A stretch of 64,000 nt of DNA from Verrucomicrobiota bacterium. GTDB taxonomy: Bacteria; Verrucomicrobiota; Verrucomicrobiia; Chthoniobacterales; JAFAMB01. The DNA is taken from NCBI GenBank assembly GCA_019236675.1, contig JAFAIO010000144.1, positions 34 to 64,033 on the forward strand, written 5' to 3'. Of the stretch, positions 29,636-36,116 are shown piece by piece. Below the pieces are notes generated by a model, which was not told where the DNA came from, did not search any database, and saw only the letters and a program-made list of their open reading frames with translations. Each line of letters begins with the position of its first letter. Within the stretch, counting starts at the first letter, position 1. Position numbers and translations under genes: made by a program.

Positions 29636-29664
29636 CGTCGGCCTCGCAAGCGAGGCAGCGCTCC
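29588..29664. repeat. Repeat family B, compact copy: perfect 26-bp inverted repeat with a 25-nt loop.
   Basis: GGAGCGCTGCCTCGCTTGCGAGGCCG (29588-29613) is the exact reverse complement of 29639-29664. The flanking 2 bp also pair. Confidence 0.9.
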
Positions 29665-29857
29665 AGGACTGCACTTGGTGAGCGGAGTACCCCCCATCTT
29701 TAGTAGAGAACGCGAGTTCTAGTTTTCTATGGTTACAATCTCGCGAAGTCTCGGCTACCTGCTTCGAGCGTCGTAAAAAGTTCCCCACACCGCACTTAAT
29801 GCGGAATTCTTCTGCGAATGGGGCCAGAAATTTTCCGCCTCGGGGCAACCCTTGTTT

Positions 29858-29878
29858 TGCTATCTGCTATTTGCTATT
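29858..29878. repeat. Heptamer array TGCTATC-TGCTATT-TGCTATT.
   Basis: Read directly. A two-unit copy lies at 13357-13370 within a longer shared block. Confidence 0.8.
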
Positions 29879-29907
29879 CCGGGCGGGCCTCAGGCGAGCC
29901 CGAGCGG

Positions 29908-32811
29908 TTACTTCTCGCTCAACGAATCTGGCGTAAGTTGCTGCAAGTTATTCTCGGCCCTAGAAATTTCTCTCGCCAGGTCTCCACGCAACAAGATCGC
30001 TTTGCCATCTCGGGCGCGATACAAGACCTGAAGACCACGCTCGATGTATTTGCGCCCCTCTTCTTTCTCGCCCGTCTTTGCGAGCGAGTTTCCATAGCTG
30101 GCCAGCACTTCCCCATACAACGCGCTCTCTGGCGGGAAATCTCTAACTCGAATGTTCTGCTCCGCTAATTCCAAAGCCTGCTTGAACCAGCGACACGCTT
30201 CTTTGGAGTCCGCGGTTGCTTCCGCTACCTCTCCTTGGCCCGCGTAGAAACCGGCAAGTAGGAAGCGCTGGTCTGGTGAGTCCACATTTTGCCTGGCGAC
30301 TTCTTCTGTGAGTGGGGCTAAAACTCGCGAGTTAATTTGTTTAGCGTTCTCGAAATCCCCGGATCTTGTGTAGCACTCCATCAGGTCGAGTCCGACCATC
30401 CCGAGCCACTCCTTGGCCCAGTGAGGAGGTCTAGGCTGGTGGTTTACCTTTTCGGCCAAATCAACTGCTTCCCTCAGTAATCTGGCCGCTTCCTGATATT
30501 GGCCCTGGTCGATCAATAAAAGACCGTAGTTGTTTAGACCCACTATCAAGTCTTGCTCGAAATAGGCATTATTCGGATCGACGGTGCACAACCTCCGAAG
30601 GACCGCTATCGCCTGATCAGCGAGATCCGATTTCTCGTGGGTCGGATCGAGGCAGAACAGCAAACAGCCCCAACGCCCAATCGCTCGTTCTGAACGAAAT
30701 TTGAGAGCGGCATTATCGGCGGCGTGCTCAGCGGCATCACGGCGAATAGCCAGCGCTGTTCGAATAGGCGCCTGAAACGCGGCAGCATCTCCGCGATCGA
30801 GCTGACGCACACCTAAAGCTTCCAAGCTGCTCGCGTAGGAATCGATGATATCGGGATCATCGGGCGCCAATTTGTACGCCCGTTGTCCGTAGGCTACGGC
30901 TTCATTCAAGAAGCGCAGCGTATCCTCTGCGTTCGCGGCCCGGCCAAGCATGTAGCCTTTCAGCGCAAGAGAATCGCAAAGGCTAGCCTGCAACAATGCT
31001 TGAGCGCTACTCGGCAACCCGCTGCTCGTCTCTAAGGAGCGCAGTCTGACAAATGCCTCGTCTAAAACTTTGAGTGATGCTGCCGACTCACCTGCTTTTC
31101 CAAAAGCCCGCGCCTCTTCATAAACTGCTTTCGCTAGTACCAGCTTGTCGCCAAGGTCCGTAGATAGCAGGCACAAAGTCCTGGCCTGGGCTTCCGCCTT
31201 TTCGGCTCGTTGAATGGCCGTGTGGCCGTCACCCATTTCTTCCAGAGCGCGCGCCAAAGTGATTTCGGTTTGCACCTTCGCTCGGATCTGTCCCGGACTG
31301 CGGGCTGGATCACCGTCGCCACGGCTAGTCGAATCGATTCGATCGAACACCTGGACCGCCTCCTTCAGCACTTCAAGCCGATGTTCCACCGGAGCAGCCA
31401 TTGTTTCCAATCGAGTGGATAGAACGCCGATCATGTTGCGGGCCGAAGAAGCCGCCAACTCACGCTGTTGCAGTGCGTAATCACGTTCCTTCCGAACTGC
31501 GCGATAGGAAGCCAATGTTATCCCGAGTGCAATCATTCCGGCTACAACTGTTATGGACGTGGCAATCGTTGCCGTCGGATGGCGCTGGATTAATCTCCGC
31601 ATTCGATAGCCCCAACTCTCCGGACGAGCGGCCACTGGGCGGCACTCCAGGAAATTCTGGAGGTCATCGACGAAATGCTCGACGCTCTTGTATCGGTCAG
31701 CCGGCTGTTTCTGCAGCGCCTTTGATATGATGGCTTCGAGATCAGTTCTTCGTGATTTGGGAATGCTGATACTTGTTTCTTCCGATCGTACCGGCAGCCG
31801 TTTAGGTTCACCTTTACAAATCCTTTCTAACAGTTCGAATCCACCGGCAGCCTCGTTTTCCGTAATTGGGCTGAACGGATGAGAACCGGCAACGAGCTCA
31901 AACAAAATGATCCCGAGCGAAAAAATGTCGGCGGCGGTGGTAATCTCCTCGCCATGAATCTGCTCAGGGCTGCTGTACCGAGGCGTTAATGGCCCGAGCC
32001 CGATCGTACGGTCCTGAGGGCCAGACTCTTGCTCAGACACGAGCGTTTTTGCGATCCCGAAGTCAATCAACCGCGGGGTGCCGTCGCTAGTAACAAGAAT
32101 ATTTGAAGGCTTAAGGTCCCGATGGACCACCAGGTTTTTGTGCGCATACGAAACCGCGGAACAGACCTTACAGAACAGTTCGAGAATCTGGTACAGATCG
32201 CGGCCCTTATTCCGACAGTAAGCCTTGATCGGTTCGCCGTCCACGTACTCGATGGCGAGGTAAGGCAATCCGTTCTCCAGGGCGCCTCCTTCTAAGAAAC
32301 GAGCAATGAAAGGATGGTTCAACCGCGCCAGAATCCGGCGTTCTCTCCGGAACCGGGAGATAAACAGTCGAGGATCGATCGGCTGGCGCATCACCTTGAT
32401 TGCTGCGCGTTGGATCGAGAGTCCATCGTTGTCGAAGGAGCGTTCAGCTAGATAGACGGTGCCCATTCCGCCCCGAGAAATCTCACGTAGAACGCGCCAA
32501 GAGTCGATCAGGGTTCCCGGTTGAAGAGTCTCTGGCGGTGCCAGTTGGTCATCTGATTCTTCGCTCTCGTCGAGAAGCCCAAGCTCGGATTGCAAAGCAG
32601 GAGTTTCTAGAAATTGGTCCTCCGAATTGGCATACCTTAGTAATGAAAGGAGCTCCTCCGCTAACTCAGGGTTCTGAGCGCGCCTTTCATTTATCCAGGT
32701 GACGCGCTCACTCGGGTGCATCTCGACTGCTTCCGCGAACAAGCTCCTTAACTCCACGGATTCAAATGAGAGTCCACTCTGCGGGTAACCGTCTGAAAGA
32801 TGGCTGCGCAT
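29908..32811 (-). CDS. Transmembrane Ser/Thr protein kinase (STK3) with a long TPR-like extracytoplasmic or C-terminal region.
   Basis: It has kinase motifs HRDLKPSNILV, DFGIAK and SPEQ, and one TM segment (ATIATSITVVAGMIALGITLASY). Helical repeats extend to the C-terminus. It starts 17 nt after the sigma3 stop. Confidence 0.9.
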   Translation of the reverse strand: MRSHLSDGYPQSGLSFESVELRSLFAEAVEMHPSERVTWINERRAQNPELAEELLSLLRYANSEDQFLETPALQSELGLLDESEESDDQLAPPETLQPGTLIDSWRVLREISRGGMGTVYLAERSFDNDGLSIQRAAIKVMRQPIDPRLFISRFRRERRILARLNHPFIARFLEGGALENGLPYLAIEYVDGEPIKAYCRNKGRDLYQILELFCKVCSAVSYAHKNLVVHRDLKPSNILVTSDGTPRLIDFGIAKTLVSEQESGPQDRTIGLGPLTPRYSSPEQIHGEEITTAADIFSLGIILFELVAGSHPFSPITENEAAGGFELLERICKGEPKRLPVRSEETSISIPKSRRTDLEAIISKALQKQPADRYKSVEHFVDDLQNFLECRPVAARPESWGYRMRRLIQRHPTATIATSITVVAGMIALGITLASYRAVRKERDYALQQRELAASSARNMIGVLSTRLETMAAPVEHRLEVLKEAVQVFDRIDSTSRGDGDPARSPGQIRAKVQTEITLARALEEMGDGHTAIQRAEKAEAQARTLCLLSTDLGDKLVLAKAVYEEARAFGKAGESAASLKVLDEAFVRLRSLETSSGLPSSAQALLQASLCDSLALKGYMLGRAANAEDTLRFLNEAVAYGQRAYKLAPDDPDIIDSYASSLEALGVRQLDRGDAAAFQAPIRTALAIRRDAAEHAADNAALKFRSERAIGRWGCLLFCLDPTHEKSDLADQAIAVLRRLCTVDPNNAYFEQDLIVGLNNYGLLLIDQGQYQEAARLLREAVDLAEKVNHQPRPPHWAKEWLGMVGLDLMECYTRSGDFENAKQINSRVLAPLTEEVARQNVDSPDQRFLLAGFYAGQGEVAEATADSKEACRWFKQALELAEQNIRVRDFPPESALYGEVLASYGNSLAKTGEKEEGRKYIERGLQVLYRARDGKAILLRGDLAREISRAENNLQQLTPDSLSEK

Positions 32812-32828
32812 TTCAGAATCCTATGTCT

Positions 32829-33464
32829 CTACTGCGTCAGATTCAGTCGCCGCTTAAGCCAGGCCTTGGCGAACTGCCAATCTCGTTTAACCGTCCGGGC
32901 AGATACGCCGAGAATCTGTGCGGTTTCTTCGACGGTCATTCCGACAAAAAAACGAAGCTCAACCAGGCGACTCAAATCGTCGCCATGGTGAGCCAATTCC
33001 TTGAGTGCCGAGTCCAGTTCTACAAGGTCGACCGACTGGCTATTTGGCTCGGCCAAATCAACAAGGCCGGATTCAAACGAAATCTTCGTCGCGTTACCGC
33101 CACGTTTCCAGGCATTTCGGTTGCGTGCGCGATCCACAAGTATTTGGCGCATCAACCGGCTCGCGACCGCAAAAAAATGCGAACGATTGTTCCAATCGAT
33201 ATTCTGGGCACCGACAATCCTGAGATAGGCCTCGTGAACAAGCTCTGTCGGCTGTAACGACTTGGCGGCCCAATCCTTACCTAGGGCATCGTCAGCGAGC
33301 TGTCGAAGCTGGTCGTAAATTCGCTCGGTCAGACTTTCCAGAGCCGAAGCGTCGCCTTCTCTCCAGCGCCCGAGGAGCTCTGTGATCTCGGTGTGAGTTT
33401 CGTTGGATGAGGGTGGCTGTTTATCAGACAGACTCCGACGCGATCCGTGCAGACAGGCTTGCAT
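32829..33464 (-). CDS. ECF sigma factor (sigma3) resembling the TIGR02999-type family.
   Basis: Diagnostic segments are ITELLGRWREGDASALESL, WNNRSHFFAVASRLMRQILVDRARNRNAWKRGG and MTVEETAQILGVSARTVKRDWQFAKAWL. Confidence 0.85.
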   Translation of the reverse strand: MQACLHGSRRSLSDKQPPSSNETHTEITELLGRWREGDASALESLTERIYDQLRQLADDALGKDWAAKSLQPTELVHEAYLRIVGAQNIDWNNRSHFFAVASRLMRQILVDRARNRNAWKRGGNATKISFESGLVDLAEPNSQSVDLVELDSALKELAHHGDDLSRLVELRFFVGMTVEETAQILGVSARTVKRDWQFAKAWLKRRLNLTQ

Positions 33465-33573
33465 AATGAGAAAGCCAGTTTCCTCGATTACCTTGAACCG
33501 AACGACCAGCCAGAAGCAGCCTTTATCAAATTGCAGACCGCAAGGTCAAGTGTCTGTGGTGCGAAAGACACCG

Positions 33574-33763
33574 GTGGAGCGTTGCCTTGCTTCCGCCTTC
33601 GCCAAGCCTACGGCGCGACAGGTCGCGAGGCCGATGCGGTAGGCACCCGTGGAGCGGTTGCCGCGCTTGCGAGGCCGATAAGCGGTCGGCAACCGTGGAG
33701 CGCTGCCGCGCTTGCGAGGCCGATAAGCGGTCGGCAACCGTGAAGCGCTGCCTCGCTTACGCC
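33574..33763. repeat. Tandem amplification (units of 45-46 bp) of the left arm of repeat family B.
   Basis: The units are at 33649-33694, 33695-33739 and a partial one at 33740-33763. A degenerate unit lies at 33574-33648. Confidence 0.8.
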
Positions 33764-33935
33764 CACGTACACGGGTAATCATAAGGGCCGGGAGGCTGTT
33801 TCCCCTTCGGCATCTTCAACCCGCCGCGCGGGTGCAATTCGGACTTGGCGCAATACTCCACACTACAATACTCCATTACTCCGCGTGGCCGGAATCGAGG
33901 ACCTATCCGCCGTAGCTTTCGCTTTATGCTCAAGG

Positions 33936-33961
33936 TCGGCCTCGCAAGCGAGGCAGCGCTC
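33936..33961. repeat. Right arm of repeat family B (CGGCCTCGCAAGCGAGGCAGCGCTCC).
   Basis: It is identical to 29639-29664. Confidence 0.85.
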
Positions 33962-34010
33962 CACAGAAGGCTGAGGCCGACCCGAACCAGGCAACCGCCG
34001 GCCCGCCGGG

Positions 34011-36104
34011 TTACCGTTGGGTCGTGAGAATCAACGGGACGGACTCCGTTGCACCCGGCGGATTAACGGAATAAACCCGGATATAGTACGACGTACCCGG
34101 CAATAGACCGGTCAGCTCAACATGAGTTCCAGCGGAACAATAGTGGGTGAAATTAAAGGCGTTACTCATATCGTCCGCTTCGACCACATACCCGGTCGCA
34201 TTCTTGGCTGCGGTCCAACTAACGCGAGCGGTTGTCTTGCCAGCAGTCCCGTGAACCCCGGTTACCGGGTCGGGTGTCCGTCCGTTGTGAGGATGGAACA
34301 ATAGGAGATTGTGCACCAGATCTTCACCCCACATCGATCCCCACCCCGTGCAATTGTCATAGCCACCACCGGCGGTGTATCCGGGTATACCATAGAGATT
34401 AACGTTCCCGTTAGTGCCATCCGTGATATCGTCATAGCCGTCGGTTTCTAAAGCCTGATAATAAAGAAGCGGATTAACGAACCCGACCCGGCCCAGCCCG
34501 ATCGTGCGCCAGGCCGAGTCAACGATACTGATATAGCTGGCCCAAATCGGCGAAGAAGCGCTTGTCCCACCGACTTGCTGCCAGCCACCGTTCAATGCCG
34601 AATAAACCGAAACACCGGTTACGGGACTCGCGACTGCCGCCACATCCGGCATGTTTCGCATGGTGGAAGATCCGCCATTAAACGAGGCAACGGAGACCAG
34701 TTGACCTTGCGAATCAGTAAAGAGTTGCCAAGACGGAATCGCCCAGTAAGCACTCACTCCGCCGCCGGTCGCTCCGGCGCCGGCGCCGAGCAAGTTCCAA
34801 ACGTCTTCGAGCTCGTAAACCGAGTCCGGTCCAGTGTAAAGGCTCGTGCCGCCGACAGAGGTTACATAAGGCTGTGCACCAGGATCGGAAACATTGAGAC
34901 CTGAACCGGTGCGACCGTACGCACCCTGATCGCCGGCACTCACGAAAACAGCTTGTCCCTGGGCGGCGAGCTGCTTCAGCACCTTACCTTCAGCCGCCAT
35001 CTGCGTATTGCCCATCATTACCTCATCTGCTCCGTACGAAATACTAATGACCTGGGCCGCGTCGTCATTGGCCATCGCCACCAGCGAATCCAGCAAGGCC
35101 ACCGGGAACGAATCTTGGCCGTCCTCGTACACGATCACTTTTTTAACCTTCGGATTGATACCGATGATCATGTCAATGTCCAAAACGGCCTCGAGCTCAA
35201 CCCCCGGATCGTCAATGCCGCCGCCATATCCGTTTACGTTACGGTCTTCGACCGGAACCGCCGGAAGATGGTTCTGAGCCTCATATTTGGCCACGTCCGT
35301 CGGATCGAAACCACCTTGTTCAAAAACCGCTACCGTCTCTATCCCGCTCTGGCTTAACTCCAGGGGAACGTTATAAGCAATCCGCAAATCTTTTGCATCA
35401 TAGGCGCCTCCAGGTCCATTACCCCCGGCAGTATCGCTGCGAACACCCGGTAACAACCGATCTAACTCCTGGTTCTGGCCCCGCTTATACACCTGTACCA
35501 ATGGAGCAGACTGGATGTAATTGGAAAAACCGACGATCCCAGTGATGCGTCCTTGCAATTCACTGGGAACGCTCGGCTTTACCCTCGGAGAATAAAAAAT
35601 TCTGCCGTCCGCTGCTTGATAGTTATTAATTTCAACACCAAAAAGCTTTTCCAACTGCCCGATTGAACCTCGCACTGTTAACGTCGTTCGCGCAATGTTC
35701 CGTTCCTGGCTCAACAGTCCGTTAGTTTTTGCCCAGTTTTCCACGGCTGAATAATTCGTCACGCTTGGCCCGAACTTCGCACCGTATTCCTCGGGAGTAA
35801 GGTACCTCCCATATAATGGATCGTTTGGCGTCGATACTCGCTGGACAAATTCATCTGCGCCGTTTTCGTCCGAAAGCGGCAGCAGGAGGATAATATTAAT
35901 TAACTTATCCGTTTCCGTGTGCGAGACCAGTTTGGACGTGGAAAGAGCGGCTGGGAGATCAATCGTTATCTCGTTCGCGTCGTTCGTGGCTGCCAACGCG
36001 AGTTTGGATGAGCTCACTAAGAGAGCTCCGGACACGCAGCAATAAAACGTCATTGCTGTAAAACAGGCGGACACACGCCAGCTGCTGAAGGGGTAATTGC
36101 GCAT
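34011..36104 (-). CDS. Secreted S53 sedolisin-type peptidase with an FN3-like tail; third gene of a three-peptidase operon.
   Basis: Motifs are VELEAVLDIDMIIG, SAGDQG and GGTSASSPIW, with a pro-kumamolisin-like prodomain. It starts 12 nt after the upstream gene. Confidence 0.9.
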   Translation of the reverse strand: MRNYPFSSWRVSACFTAMTFYCCVSGALLVSSSKLALAATNDANEITIDLPAALSTSKLVSHTETDKLINIILLLPLSDENGADEFVQRVSTPNDPLYGRYLTPEEYGAKFGPSVTNYSAVENWAKTNGLLSQERNIARTTLTVRGSIGQLEKLFGVEINNYQAADGRIFYSPRVKPSVPSELQGRITGIVGFSNYIQSAPLVQVYKRGQNQELDRLLPGVRSDTAGGNGPGGAYDAKDLRIAYNVPLELSQSGIETVAVFEQGGFDPTDVAKYEAQNHLPAVPVEDRNVNGYGGGIDDPGVELEAVLDIDMIIGINPKVKKVIVYEDGQDSFPVALLDSLVAMANDDAAQVISISYGADEVMMGNTQMAAEGKVLKQLAAQGQAVFVSAGDQGAYGRTGSGLNVSDPGAQPYVTSVGGTSLYTGPDSVYELEDVWNLLGAGAGATGGGVSAYWAIPSWQLFTDSQGQLVSVASFNGGSSTMRNMPDVAAVASPVTGVSVYSALNGGWQQVGGTSASSPIWASYISIVDSAWRTIGLGRVGFVNPLLYYQALETDGYDDITDGTNGNVNLYGIPGYTAGGGYDNCTGWGSMWGEDLVHNLLLFHPHNGRTPDPVTGVHGTAGKTTARVSWTAAKNATGYVVEADDMSNAFNFTHYCSAGTHVELTGLLPGTSYYIRVYSVNPPGATESVPLILTTQR

Positions 36105-36116
36105 ATTCTCTTGTTG

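Noticed and set aside
18318-29681. Dozens of plus-strand ORFs inside the giant gene, for example 21876..22589 (237 aa), 28553..29008 (151 aa) and 20072..20437.
   Set aside because: They are antisense to a continuous 11.5-kb ORF with clear TPS and beta-helix protein signatures. Their translations are low-complexity (Pro/Ser/Thr/Arg-rich) with no motifs. This is typical of spurious antisense frames in GC-rich repetitive coding DNA.
29636-29848. The N-terminal ~71 codons of the track ORF for the giant gene (TTG at 29848: MPRGGKFLAPFAEEF...).
   Set aside because: This stretch has no ATG. It runs through the TGCTATT heptamers and the 26-bp inverted repeat, and it looks unlike protein sequence. 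A GTG in the hairpin loop gives a plausible signal peptide. The start remains uncertain.
33574-33763. A possible CRISPR array, because of the regularly spaced repeats.
   Set aside because: The units are directly tandem (45-46 bp) with no unique spacers between them. No cas genes are present in the window.
33447-33782. ORFs 33447..33743 (+), 33587..33778 (+) and 33546..33782 (-).
   Set aside because: They translate the 45-bp tandem repeat array (RPISGRQPWSAAALARPISGRQP...). They are repeat DNA, not genes.
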